Both the position numbers and the translations under genes were made by a program. The notes under the pieces were generated by a model. It had not been told where the DNA came from and did not search any database. It saw only the letters and a program-made list of their open reading frames with translations. A stretch of 64,000 bases of DNA from Eledone cirrhosa (lineage: Eukaryota), in NCBI GenBank assembly GCA_964016885.1, contig OZ024742.1, forward strand, positions 231,942,001-232,006,000, written 5' to 3'. This document shows positions 26,912 through 39,999 of this stretch, piece by piece (within the stretch, counting starts at the first letter, position 1; each line of letters starts with the position of its first letter).

Positions 26912-27418
26912 CAGTGCATCTTCGCTTATCCGGATATCGGTTTCCCGAAATTCGATTTACCGGACGGTTATTTCTATACTCCGCATGCGGAAGCATATCA
27001 TCATATAGACCAATTTTTAACATATTTGAGGTATGAAGGACTGGCGGGTCCGGTTAGCACTGCGACATGTTTACGTTGGCGGGAAATGATAGCGGAACGA
27101 CGAGCTTCGGCGCGAAAACAATCTTCTATTTATTCATTTTTAAAAAAGTACTAACTTTTTATGGTTTGACTCAATTCAGTTTTACCAAGTTTTTAGTTAT
27201 TCTTATGTTTGTTTAATTAATTTTCTTATTAATTCTAGCTGTTCTTTTGTAATTCTAATAAACTTTCTTTACTCAGCATTTGTCTTTTATTTTGACTAAA
27301 AGAAGCCAAAACATTAGAAACCACGAGCATTATGTAACAATGGGATTTTAGATTTCACTTAACCGGATCTTTTTCTAACTGTTTGGTTTTGACCATCCGG
27401 ATAAGCGAAGATGCACTG
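26912..27418. mobile_element. Tc1/mariner(pogo)-type MITE
   Basis: 24-bp perfect TIR cagtgcatcttcgcttatccggat, TA target duplication, inserted in the (ACAT)n tract. Confidence 0.9.
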
Positions 27419-27662
27419 TACATACATACATATGAATATTGTATTAAGTTGCATTTAATTTAATTTTTAGATAAACAAATATGCGCTGGCATGGCTGTGT
27501 GGTTAAGAAATTCGCTTCGTTAACACATGATTCCGTCTTGGGTCCAAATCGTGAATCCTCTTGGGTATGATTATCGTGTTAAGCAATTCCTTACAAGTGG
27601 AATTTTGTCATCGGAAATTTTGCAGAAATGTATTGTCTACACACACACACACACACACATAC

Positions 27663-27716
<54 letters not shown>

Positions 27717-27719
<3 letters not shown>

Positions 27720-27912
27720 AACAAGTAAGACCCCGGCGGCTGAGCTCAAGCGGTTTCGACGGCTAATTCTGAATAAGACAGAATTAGCCGTCGAAACGGC
27801 TTGAGCTCAGCCGTCGGGGTCTTACTTGTTCCTATTACCCACTCTACTACCCTAAGTATTGAGTACTTTGGTGCGTTATGGTCCACCTGGTTCCTTACCA
27901 CATTTCCTTCGT

Positions 27913-27914
<2 letters not shown>
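27717..27914. repeat. Fold-back insert containing the 3' half of a hammerhead
   Basis: GAAA-cggct tgagctc agccg-TC-ggggtc at 27793-27821, mirrored in the left arm; same family at 34062-34212; (TA)n flanks. Confidence 0.65.
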
Positions 27915-27949
<35 letters not shown>

Positions 27950-28351
27950 AGAAGTAGTTCCAAAACAGTTAGTTCACCATACTTTATTTCACGTGGTTCC
28001 AGTTTACTCAGCTGCAGAAATGAGTTGTAACGTCACTGGTGCCAAGCTGTAACCGCGGTCATTGCCTTTCCCTTGCACAACATCGGTGGCGTGGAGAGGG
28101 GAGGCTGGTATACATGGGCGACTACTGGTCTTCCACAAAACAAACCTTGCCCAGGCTTGTCCTTCGGAGGGAACTTTCTTGGTGCAAAACCATGGTCATT
28201 CGTGACCGAGTGGGGCCTTGAATTTTGAACATGTCAACCCTTTCTCGTTCCTATGTAAACCCCCACCTTAATTTTGTAACTGTCTTTGTAATATCTCCTC
28301 CATTCGATGCCCCTGTGGAAAATTATAGAAACCATTATTATTAGTATTAAT

Positions 28352-29130
28352 CGGTGGTGGATTGGCAGAATCGGCAGAGCGTCAGACAGCATGCTTCGCA
28401 GCATAGCAATGCGGCCCTTTACGTTCTGAGTTCAAATCCCGCCGAGGTTAGCTTTGCCTTTCATCCTTACGAGGTCGATAAAATAAAGTACCAGTAATGT
28501 ACTGGGGTCTATTTGTTCGACTTTTCCCTCCCTCAAAATATTACTGGCCTTGAGTCTAAATCAGAAACCATTATTATTATAAAATAAAGTACCAGTAATG
28601 AACTGGGGATATTGCTGGCCTTGTGTCTACATTAGAAACCATTATTATTATAAAATAAAGTACCAGTAATGCACTGGGTTAATTGCTGGCCTTGTGTCTA
28701 CATTAGAAACCATTATTATTATAAAATAAAGTACCAGTAATGCACTGGGTTAATTGCTGGCCTTGTGTCTACATTAGAAACCATTATTATTATAAAATAA
28801 AGTACCAGTAATGCACTGGGTTAATTGCTGGCTTTGTGCCAAAACTAGAAACAATTATTATGATGTAGGGCGGTGGATTAACAGTATCTGTAAAGTGTCG
28901 GACAATATGCTTTGCGACAAAGAGTTACCGCCCTTTGCGTCGTAAGTTCAAATCCAACCGAGGGTAGCATTGCCTTTCATCCTTACGGGGGGATAAAATA
29001 AAGTACCAGTAACGCAGTGGGTCGATTTGCTTGACACTCCCTTCCCTCAAAATTGTTGGTTTTATGTCTAAATCAGAAACCATTTGCACTGGGATAATTG
29101 CTGGCCTTGTGCCAAATGTAGAAACAATTA
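28352..29130 (+). mobile_element. SINE cluster with four tandem ~71-bp SINE-tail repeats (about 28578-28860)
   Basis: Two SINE bodies plus repeated taaaataaagtaccagtaatgcactggg...agaaaccattattat. Confidence 0.8.
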
Positions 29131-29820
29131 TTATAACTACAAGCAGAAAAACCACCCTTCGGGTAGTTTTTCTGCTAGCCTGTGTAGTGTGCATATTGAT
29201 ATTATACTCAACTATATATACATGTAGATATGATACATCAAATAAAATCGTAGTTAACAATATACATAGAAATTGAACGAAGACTGCGTTACACTGTCTT
29301 ATGTAATCAGTAACGTAATCTATTGACGGAAATATATGATTGTTTATTTAAGCGATCGCTAACCGGAAGAGTTGATATTTGAAAATTTTAAAGAAGTGAA
29401 TCTTAAAACAAGCGACAAAATTATTTATATTTAATCAAGAATAACGAAATTTAGTAGATAAATTATATAATATTCATTCATTATTTATTCAAAATAATCC
29501 AACTTATTTTACAAACAGAATAAAAAAAATATATTCTGGACGCTGTCCCGCACTCCTCCCTTTATTATAGTTTAGATCACAGGTTCTCAACCCATTTAGG
29601 CCAAACGCCCCCTTTTGTCCCTCGAAATCACGAAACGCCCCCTACCGTATTTTTCCATTTTTCAATATACTACTGATTTTGATATCAGTCGATTACTAAA
29701 AAATTGATTAACAATATTCCAAAGATACCATTGCAGGCAACTGAGAGTATAAATACATTCCTTGAGAGGAAATATATAAATTTCAAAAAAAGGAACATAA
29801 ATGTTCTTTTTTATGAATAA

Positions 29821-30260
29821 GGAAGGCGCATGGCTTAGTGGTTAGAGCATTGGACTTGCAATCGAAAGGTTGTGAGTTCAATTCTCGGACTGGGTGATGT
29901 GTTGTTTCCTTGAGCAAGACACTTTTTTTCACATTGCTCCAGTTTACTCAGCTGTAGAAATGAGATGATAGGATTGGGGTCCCTATCATTCCACTGCAAA
30001 GTGGTCGTGGAGGTGCCATGGCAAAAAAAGCACCCAGCCCACACTGTAAAAGTGGACGTGTAGGCGCCACGGAAAAAAAACACCCAGCACTCACTGTAAA
30101 TGAGACTGGTGTTAGGAAGGGCATCCAGCTGTAGAAATCAAGCCAGAATCAGTTCCCGTATGAGCAAGAGAAGGTCAGCCAACCGGACACTGCCCACAAC
30201 AGGACAACCCGTCTAACCCATATCTAGCGTGGAAAAACGGACGTAAAACGGTGCTGCTGA
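29821..30260 (+). mobile_element. Second tRNA-derived SINE family with RTE-like tail, nested in the hAT
   Basis: A-box tggcttagtggtt, B-box gagttcaattc, ccttgagcaagacact core, tail gttaggaagggcatccagc...cggacgtaaaacg. Relatives at about 41600-41755 (-) and 48951-49065 (+). Confidence 0.75.
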
Positions 30261-31706
30261 AGGAGCAGTTGAATTTGTTATATTCCCACCAGGCGTTACT
30301 AGCTATTTTGAACATTTATACAAGAGCAACTCTGTCTATCCCAAGTGTGCTCTTATCTGGAAGAAAGTGGCAATTATATCATTTCAAAGCTTTCCAATTT
30401 TCCCTTTAATGAAACGGACAGAATGAATGTTGATATCTAACTTGATACCCCCTCCGCTTTGTGAGCTTAGAGACCATGGAAGAGATTTTCATAACCATAT
30501 AAGAGGGTATATTTATTAGTAAATGGTAAAATATATACAACAAATGAGTAAGTGATTTGTAGTAGATGGTTTCCTGTCCAGTCAGACTGCAACTACAAAT
30601 AAAAAAAAATTGTTAGTTTGCTTTGTAACAATAGCATTATCCAAGTTTTCGGATAAATCAACTTACTTTTACTTTGACCTCATTTCAATGGAATCCTTGG
30701 GCTTCATGGAGTATAGCTAACTCTTTGACGTGCGGCTGAATTTTCGTAAGATGTAGCCAGAGATCTCCACATGTAATCACACTGTAGCGGTTGCGAGACT
30801 TACTGTGCAGTCTGGAAACAGCACCAAACCCCCTCTCGGCTAAGAATGAGCTTGGAAAAGGCAGAGCAAATCTCTTAGCCTCTGCATGTAGGAGTGGAAA
30901 TCAACGCTGAATTTCCTCTTGCATCCAAAATAGGGGTTCACCTATTTTAGGAAATCTAATTTTGATCATGTCATCTGCTTGAAGTTCAATGAATTCTTCC
31001 TGAAATTTAACGTCCAAATCGTCGACGGTAGCTATGAAGGGATCTGCTATCCACATTGGGATGTCCATCGGCAAAAAGTCAACAAACCGTTCTCTCATGT
31101 TGTCTTGTAGCGCACGGAGGTGAGTGGTATACATTTGGAGTTGGTCATCGCTTACAATGTTTTGAACATTGGCGACACTAGGAAAATTATAGAATTCCCA
31201 TCTACAAAGATTCCTTTCGATGACATTCAATTTGGCCAGGAATGTTTTCACAGCATTCCTTGCTTTAAGCAAGGTGATCTTCTCCTGCAAAGCCATAATG
31301 ACGCTATTGCATTTGTCGAAGATGTTAGCCTCACATTGAGGGTTTTCTTGTACATTCTGTGTTGCGTCCTTGAATAAACTCAATGATAGAGTCGAACAGT
31401 TCAAAGGAGTAAGGCACTTGACCTTTGAAAGCCATCTCACTTCAGTATGAAGGAACAACTTGACGAATTCTTCGTCATTATCTTGGCACAGTTGCCTAAG
31501 AATTCGTTCATTGAGGTATTGGCGTTTGATAAAATTGATGACATCAAGGACTTGCTCATCGGCTCACTGAGTTTCTTCGCAACCAAGTGTTGTCGATGAA
31601 TGACACGATGAACAGCAAATACAGATAGATTTTCTCTCTTCAGAAGAGTGACGAAACCCTTATGCTGGCCGACCATTGCTCTTGCGTTGTCCGTAGCACA
31701 TGAATG

Positions 31707-32108
31707 TGTGTTGTATGTGGTCCTAGATGTATGTATTACCTGCCTGTGTGTTGTATGTATTCCTAGATGTATGTATTACTTGCTTATGTATTGCATGTGG
31801 TCCTAGCTGTATGTATTACCTGCTTGTGTGTTGTATGTTGTCCTAGATGTGTGTATTACCTACTTATGTGTTGTATGTGGTCCTAGATGTGTGTTTTACC
31901 TGCTTACGTGTTGTATATGGTCCTAGATGTGTGTTCTACCTGATAATGAGTTGTATGTAGTCCTAGATGTGTGTATTACCTGCCTGCGTGTTGTATGTGG
32001 TCCTAGATGTGTGTGCTACCTCCTTATGTGTTGCAGGTGGTCCTAGATGTGCGTATTACCTGCTTATGTGTTGTATGTGGTCCTAGATGTGTGTGCTACC
32101 CGCTTCTG
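31707..32108. repeat. 40-bp minisatellite, about 10 copies, inside the hAT
   Basis: Unit tgtgttgtatgtggtcctagatgtgtgtattacctgctta. Confidence 0.9.
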
Positions 32109-32547
32109 TGTTTTTTCTTTTCTTTTTTTCTTTTTAATATTATTTATACAGTAGGGAATAAAATAGATCTACATAGTGTTAACTCGTTACGGTTGAGTCA
32201 ATAATTTCAGACATAAAATACATTGTTATCGGTGAAGGAAAGACAAGATTCTAAATGGCTGCGCTCAGTGTCCTTGATCCAGTTGACTGTGGGTGTTTCC
32301 ATTTTTAGGATCTCAATTGCCGGTTAATGTCTAAACACGCCTGCACACCTGCTCACAGCTGCGGTCAGACCATAGTTATGCTATTTGCATGCTCATTCAA
32401 ATGCATTCACGCTGGCTGTCTCAAAGACATACAAATATGGCTTATAAAACTTACCAAAGTAAAGAACCTTCGAGTGCCCCCTGGAGTTCCAAAACGCCCC
32501 GGGGGTGCATATGCCCCCCGTTGAGAACCTTTGGTTTAGATTAATAG

Positions 32548-32965
32548 GGTGATGGATTGGCAGAGATCGTAGATTGTCGGATAAAATATTTTGTGGTATA
32601 TAATTGTTTCTACTTTAGGCACAAGGCCAGCAATTACCCAGTGCATTACTGGTACTTTATTTTATCGACCCCGTAAGGATGAAAGGCAAAGTCAACCTCG
32701 GTGGGATTTGAACTCAGATCGTAAAGGGACGTAACTATGCTGGAAAGTATGGCGTCCGACCCTCTACCGATACTGCCAATCCACCATATTTTGCGGTATA
32801 TAATTACGACTTTCTAGGATCTGAGGTCAAATCCCGCCGAGATCAACTTTGACTTTCATACCACTGAGGTCAATAAAACAAAGTACCAGTTCAATATTGG
32901 TTTGATATCATCAACTTGCCCCTCCTTCCAAATTGCTGGCCTTATACCAATGTTAGAAAGAATTA
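32548..32965. mobile_element. SINE (-, about 32606-32785) nested in an older SINE (+)
   Basis: About 20-bp TSD atattttgYggtatataatt on both sides of the inner copy. Confidence 0.8.
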
Positions 32966-33119
32966 TTATAACAACTATCACTTTACTTATCACTCCTCTT
33001 CCAAATCCAACTTACAAGTGATTCTAATTTGGAACCATAAACCAGAATTCTTATCTTGTAAAGTATCATTACATCCTGTGTATGCTGATTCAACTTGATG
33101 ACCGACACATACAGAATAC

Positions 33120-33199
<80 letters not shown>

Positions 33200-33201
<2 letters not shown>

Positions 33202-33990
33202 CTATGTCTACCGTATATATATATAGAGAGAGAGAGAAGAGAGGGAGGATTGGGGGATGGGGAGAGAGAGAAGAAAGTAAAAAAACAACAACAAAAACGC
33301 AGGAGTACAAGTTTCAAATGGTATTAGGTTCACGCTTAGTGAGAGTGGGGGCTGTGGCTGCGACGTTTCGGGCATTAACCCTTCATCATGAGAGTGGGCG
33401 GAGGAACTCCGAAAGAGAGTGAGGGGGAGTTAGAGGGGAGAAAAAATGAAGTAGAAAATAAAAGTTAAAATACAAGGCGTGAGGCGTGTATATATATATG
33501 TAAATGAAAAGTATAGAAATTATTGTAGCAAGAAGCCAACAGTATTCCATAATATATATATATATGAAAACAGGGAGAAAGAGACGATTATTAGGAAGAA
33601 AAATATATTTTTTTCCCTTTTTATTTCTCTCTCTTTTTTCTGGGTTATGATGATTAAAACGAAATGTTTTACTTTGTGTGAAGTGTTAAGGTATTAGTTG
33701 ATTTATTTATTAATTAACAATGGCATTTATTTTTCTATTTATATATTTAATAATTGTCTATTAATAATTGTATATATTTAATAATAGACAATTATTAAAT
33801 ATATAAATAAATAAATAAATGCCATTGTTAATTAATAAATAAATCAACTAATACCTTAACACTTCACACAAAGTAAAACATTTCGTTTTAATCATTTTCT
33901 AACCCAGAAAAAAGAGAGAGAAATAAAAAGGGAAAAATATATATTTTTCTTCCTAATAATCGTCTCTTTCTGTCTGTTTTCATATATATA
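33200..33990 (-). mobile_element. PLE-type terminal fragment with fold-back (33556-33990) and degenerate hammerhead (33361-33392)
   Basis: Minus strand tgatga-agggttaatgccc-GAAA-cg-TC; stem I not evident; ~210-bp inverted arms; (TA)n flanks. Confidence 0.5.
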
Positions 33991-34026
33991 TATATATCCT
34001 AACTCGTGTGCTTTCTCTCCACATTT

Positions 34027-34064
<38 letters not shown>

Positions 34065-34211
34065 AAAAGTTCAGGACCCCGACGGCAGAGCTCAAGCCGT
34101 TTCGACGGCTATTTCTGGACTAATTTTTCCTATTACCCACTCTACTACCCAAAGTATCGAGTACTCTGGTGCGTTATGGTCCACCTGGTTCCTTTCCACA
34201 CTTTCTTCGTT

Positions 34212-34285
<74 letters not shown>

Positions 34286-34330
34286 AGAAAGAACAGTGAC
34301 ATGGTTTGCTATACAATAAGGGCTTTATTC

Positions 34331-34445
34331 ACATTGCTGACAATTGTTTCTCTGAACTGGTAGGTCTAGAGATCGCTACCCGCCTGTTTTTGCGTCAATC
34401 GATCACCAATACTTTGTTATAACCAGTCTATTCATCAGAGCATGC
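34331..34445 (-). ncRNA. Type I hammerhead motif with long stem II
   Basis: gcatgct-CTGATGA-...actggt...accagt..-GAAA-caattg-TC-agcaatgt then aataaa. Confidence 0.7.
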
Positions 34446-34671
34446 GAGAAAGGACTACATCTAAGTGGACTACCTATAACAATAATTTGTTATCCCGTAT
34501 ATATATATATATATTAGGTATAGGATTATCCAAGATGTAGTAATGGTTAATTACTACACTGGATATGGTTGACGTACGGTAAGAGGTTACTCTACGAGTT
34601 ATGGAAGAATTGTTGAAGAAACTTAGTTCCTGATCCTTCTGTATTCCGGAGTGTATATAAAGAATGAATAA

Positions 34672-34858
34672 ATGTTTCTACTTTAGGCACAAGGCCAGCA
34701 ATTACCCAGTGCATTACTGGTACTTTATTTTATCGACCCCGTAATGATGAAAGGCAAAGTTAACCTCGGCGGGATTTGAACTCAGACCGTAAAGGGACGT
34801 AACTATGCTGGAAAGCATGGCGTTCGACTCTCTACCGATACTGCCAATCCACCGCCCT
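34672..34858 (-). mobile_element. SINE with TSD
   Basis: Full SINE flanked by tatataaagaatgaataa. Confidence 0.85.
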
Positions 34859-35029
34859 ATATATAAAGAATGAATAATAACAGGTAGACATCATAAATAG
34901 GTAATTTATTCCGTGTGCTTACAAGTGTTTCCACAGTGGTACTACAGCCTAGTTATGCTATGTGCAAATTCACAAGTACTTGCAGAACTCAAATATCCAA
35001 TGCTGTGGCCACTGTTTCCTCAGAGCAGA

Positions 35030-35091
<62 letters not shown>

Positions 35092-35190
35092 CTGTATGTG
35101 TCGGTCATTAAGTTGAATTAGTATACACAGGATGTAATGAAACTTTACAAGATAAGAATTCTGGTTTATGGTTCCAAATTAGAATCACTT

Positions 35191-37030
35191 AGACATGTCT
35201 AACTTAATAGCACTACTTGGTGAAGTCTTTCAAATCAGGATTTGGGCACCATGGCCCACTCAAATAGAGAGTTATTCTTTACAGAGGCATATCCGGGTGT
35301 AGGAGGCTTATCCGGGATTTCTTGAAGGAATTTGTCCAAAGACTTCTTGAACTTGATGGGGTCTATTTTTGTTTTAATGCGCTTTGGTGTAATGTTAAAG
35401 AGAGCAGGGCCAATTGAGGTGAAATAATTGTGCCGTATTGTTGTTATGAGATGCGAGTGATATTTTTGTCGTGGGCGGATAACACGGGGCCCAAGCCTTG
35501 TGTGTACCTTAAAGCTGATGGAATATTTTCCACATCATGCAGATAATGTAGCGCTCACGGTGACGTTGGAGAGAATAAAGGTTGAGCTTTTCTAATCGAC
35601 TCCAATAGTCAAGGCCTGTCATGCCATCTATCTTCTTTGTAATTGATCTTTGGGGTGCTTCAACTTTCATGATACTTTGTTTCGTGTGGAGAGACCACAG
35701 TGGACAACAGTATTCAAGGTGGGGTCGGGCAAATATGGAGTAGAGAAGGATAACAGTGTGGATATCTCTCGGCTGGAAGGTTCTGAGAATCCAGGAACAC
35801 ATTCTGCGGGCCATGTCAACTTTGCTGTTTATATGAGTGGCCCAGCTTATGTTGTTGTCCACAATTACTCCCAAGTCTCTGATGTTGGATGCCACGGGAG
35901 TTTCACCCGAAGGAAGAGAGTATGGTAGTTTCAGGGAATCCTTTTTTCCAAAGTGGATTAACTCAAACTTATCCTCATTCAACAGCATATTGTTCTTTTC
36001 TGCCCATTGGATAACAGACAGTAGGTCTGACTGAAGGCAAGTCCGGTCACCCACCTCATTGATGACCCTTTGGAGCTTGGAATCATCTGCGAAGATTCTT
36101 ATGTCGCTGTGCTTGATGATGTCAGTAATGTCATTAATGTAGATGATGAAAAGAAGTGGGCCCAACACAGTGCCTTGTGGGACGCCAATGCTGACTTTGG
36201 CAGGGCTTGATTTTACTCCTTCAACTACATGTTGGGTTCTGTCTGTCAGGAAACATTTGATCCACTGTAATAACTTTCCAGAGACACCAATATTGGATAG
36301 TTTTTTCATTAGAATCTTATGATCAACCCTGTCAAATGCCTTGCTGAAATCAAGGTAGATGACATCAATGTTGGAGCCCTCTCCCAAGGCTCTCAAAACA
36401 TCGTCAAAGTGATGCAGGAGCTGCGTTAAGCAGTCCCTTCCATTACGGAACCCATGCAGGCCGTTGCTTTCGAGAAAGTGGGTTATTCGTGATCTCACCA
36501 CCCTCTCAAATACCTTGATAATATGAGAGGTGAGTGAGATCGGACGGTAGTTCACTGCAAGGGACTTATTTCCCTTTTTGAAAACTGGGACAACGGACTG
36601 GGACAGAAAATTTTCGGGAATATAGCCAGTATCCAATGAGTTCCTCCACAGATTAGCAAGAGGAGATACAAGTTGGTGTCGACATACCTTCAGGATACAA
36701 TCAGGGAACCTGTCGGGGTCTACTGCTGAATTGTCTTTAATTTCATTTATTGCCGCTAAGACATCAGGGACGCCAAACGTTATGTCCGATATAGTGTGTT
36801 GGGGATTAACTTCACTGATGCAGCCCAGATCGGCCATATCAAGATTGCTGAAAACGGAGCAGTATTGTTTCTGCAGTAGCTCGCCCATGGTTTTGGCATT
36901 ATCTTGGGGTGTGCCGTTTTCATCAACTAGAGGGCCAACAGTGGAGACAGTGACATTGTGTTTTTTAGCAAATGAAAAGAACACTTTGGGATTGAGTTTG
37001 ATTTTCTCAATGGCCATGATCGTCATTGAA
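35191..37030 (-). mobile_element. 5'-truncated CR1/L2-group LINE; RT ORF 35509-37041
   Basis: NYRPISLTS, YLDFSKAFDRVDH, GVPQGTVLGPLLF, FADDSK, RDLGV, RPHLEYC. Confidence 0.9.
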
Positions 37031-37666
37031 ATATGTATCACAACTTTAATAAAGGACTCTTTAATATCTACAACTTCGTATTTTCCTCATTCTAATTATA
37101 CTCCGTCATTCTTATTTTTAAAAAGTAACATGACGTCGAGCGCTTAAATTGAATTGCCTCTATATCTACCGTATATATATATATACTAGACCGAAAAATG
37201 CGGGCGCATGTGTATTAATATTCTTAAATAATAATAAACCTGGAAAAGTACAGGTCAAGTAGAATTAACTCTTAAAATATTGAAGCTGGAATTTGAATTT
37301 GATGAATTCAATGTACAGTAAAATTAGCAATGCCAAGAGATAATAAGAAATAATAATGAATTAGGGGATTTATTAGATATTAAGTCATCAGTTTGCCTAA
37401 GTCAGCAATCACCATTTTGCCAACCAAATACAATTAATGTCATCAATCTTTTGTACATAAACTGTCAGTTCATTTAAGTTGTCACTTGTTTGTCCCTTTA
37501 GTGGGTTAATTATACTGTATTACTTTATAAATTGACATTAAAAATTAATTGAAATTAATAGTAAAAAGTAATGAGCTAAATTTTGCATAAATTGTCATCA
37601 TATTAAAATTATTAATCTAATTTCATTTTAAAAAAAGTTAAGCCAAAATTTGTCAAGATCGAATTA

Positions 37667-37785
37667 CAGTTGACTCTCCCTAATTGTCAGCGCCATTTTT
37701 GGCCCAACTTTTATTTTTTGTGACTCTCCCTAATTGTCAGTCATTTTTACAGTTCCTTTGAGTGACAATTAGAGATAGTCAACTG
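37667..37785. mobile_element. Small TA-flanked MITE
   Basis: ta|cagttgactctccctaattgtca ... tgacaattagagatagtcaactg|ta. Confidence 0.7.
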
Positions 37786-38972
37786 TATTTCAAAAAGAAA
37801 ATTTAGTGATCAAGTGCGATATCATTCTGATTGATAATCTGGATTACTGTTCCTTTCTTATGAGGAAAGCAGAGACTATCTTTTAGAGATTAGCACCAAA
37901 GATTAACTAGGCCATTCCCAATGAATCAAGGTGATTTCTAGATCGTTTCTAATTATTTAATTAATAATTAAAGTAAAAAATTATCTTGGTTGTCTTTAGG
38001 TCATTCTTGTGTTATTCTAAATCTATCCATGCTACCACATGCCAGTGCCGAAACGCTGGCACAGAAATGCCTGCACCGAAACGTCCTGTTCCATGCCATT
38101 TTAACAAATTTCACCTCCTTGTGATTAAGTGTGATGTCATAGGCTTATTATTGTACATTTAATTCATCAAATTCAAATTCCAGCTTCAATATTTTAAGAG
38201 TTAATTCTACTTGTCCTGTACTTTTCCAGGTTTATTATTATTTAAGAATATTAATACACATGCGCCTGCATTTTTCGGTCTAGTCCCCTTTTTGTTAAGG
38301 CATTGTAGCAAATTATTTTATTTAAAATACCTTGACCATTTGCTAAGGCATTTACAATCCTTTTTTCATCAATAAAAATTAATTTTTCATTTCAATATTT
38401 CTATAACTTCCAAAATATTAAAATTGAAAAGGTATTTTGTAGAATATAATGAATAGAGTCATTTGCCTTTTCTGAACACCCTTACTACCAGCCTTCAGGT
38501 GTGCCCATAGAGACAAAGCTATAATTGACTATACTCTAATGATCAATTTAGAGTTTAACTGAACAAGTGAAGTTATTAAAGATGCTAGAAAAACAAGCAA
38601 TTAAAATAACTGAGTCAAAAATAAATAAAATTAAGTAGTAAATAAATAAAATGCCAATAAACAGTGAGCTCAAATTCAACAATAATTTGTCCATAATTAG
38701 CAGTTAGTCCAAAATAAAATTAAGTAGTCCAGAATTAGCATTTAGTCCAAAATAAAATTATGTAGTCCAGAATTAGCATTTAGTCCAAAATAAAATTATG
38801 TAGTCGAAAATCAGCATTTAGTCCAAAATAAGCAGCAAGTAGTCAAAAATAAAATTAAGTAGTCCAGAATCAGCATTAGTCCAAAATAATCAGCAAGTAG
38901 TCCAAAACAAAATGAAGTAGTCCAGAATTAACAGTAGTCCTAATTATAAGTTGGTAGTCCAAAATCCAAAAT

Positions 38973-39810
38973 CTAAATTTTTTCGATAAACAATACAACC
39001 GCATTAGGTAACTTAGGAGGAAATTTATTGTGCCTTTTTTTGATAATGTTGTCACTAATTTCATCCCAATTTTCAGCACCACTTTTTACCAGACAAGTAT
39101 AATGGCCTGCCGAAGATGATACTCCTTCATGAAGAATAGCAGCTTTTAATGTGAAATTTGTGCCATATATTTGCTGCTTTTTTGAGCTAAAGTTCATAAT
39201 ATCACAATTAATTATTTGTTCTCCTTCATTATTAATCAAAAATCTACTAATTGAGATGACAAGATATTTGAAATCGTTAGTAAATTCAATTCTTGAAGTT
39301 ATTTGATAATCAGTATTTTCAGAACAAGTATCACAGTATTTAGTCAAAGTATTTGTTGTTGAAAGTAGAGATTTAAATTGTGCCATTAATAGGATTTAAT
39401 ATCAAATCCTCTTTTATTTGAAATGGAAGTTCAGATTCTATACCACATCCAGATCTTGAATTACAATTGCAAACATTGTTATTTAAAGCTTGGCAATTTG
39501 TTTGATGCAATCGGATGCATCTAGTATGATCAGTTTGAATAAATTGAAGTTTATCTCTAAATACCAAGTCCAAATGTAGAGAGAATTCTTTCCAAAATTC
39601 ATGAGCACATTGCTGATTTCCATCATGAAATCTTCCTCCAATTATTCTTCTTAAGTTAGAGACATTATTATGATTATTAAAAATGATATTGCTTAATTCT
39701 TGATGTACTCCATTCGTGTTGTTAAAATTATGCAAATACTCAACAAATTCAGGCAATTGATTCAGTGATTGCACAACTGAATTTGCAAAACAAGCATTTC
39801 TTTAGTTGAT
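38973..39810 (-). pseudogene. USP/peptidase C19 (deubiquitinase-like) domain, frameshifted
   Basis: Cys box NACFANSVVQSL (about 39765-39800), QQCAHEF, His box AAILHEGVSSSAGHYTCLVK...WDEISD. Confidence 0.82.
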
Positions 39811-39999
39811 CAATTGATGTTTAAGGATTAAAGTTTGGCTGTTTTCATTTCTTTTCTTCTTTTTGGCAGGTTGGTTTGAATTTTCTTCCAAATTAAGTCT
39901 TTTAGTTCTTTTCTTGGCCATGCTAGAAGCATTTGCCATGCAAGGATGCTTTTTCCTGCAAGGTGGCAATGGAGGCAAATCTGCTCTTCCAGTACAAGC

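Larger units (their letters stand above)
29578..32533 (-). mobile_element. hAT (Charlie/Buster-type) DNA transposon with both termini, decayed transposase
   Basis: TIR cacaggttctcaac / gttgagaacctttg; exact 8-bp TSD GTTTAGAT (29570-77, 32534-41). Transposase pieces about 30730-31700: CATDNARAMVG, VIHRQHL, HTEVRWLSK, FPSSFLAERGF. Confidence 0.9.

Noticed and set aside
29821-29895. tRNA gene
   Set aside because: A and B boxes only, no cloverleaf; continues into a SINE body found elsewhere in the window.
31707-32108. CRISPR-like array
   Set aside because: Contiguous 40-bp tandem units without unique spacers, eukaryotic context, no cas genes.
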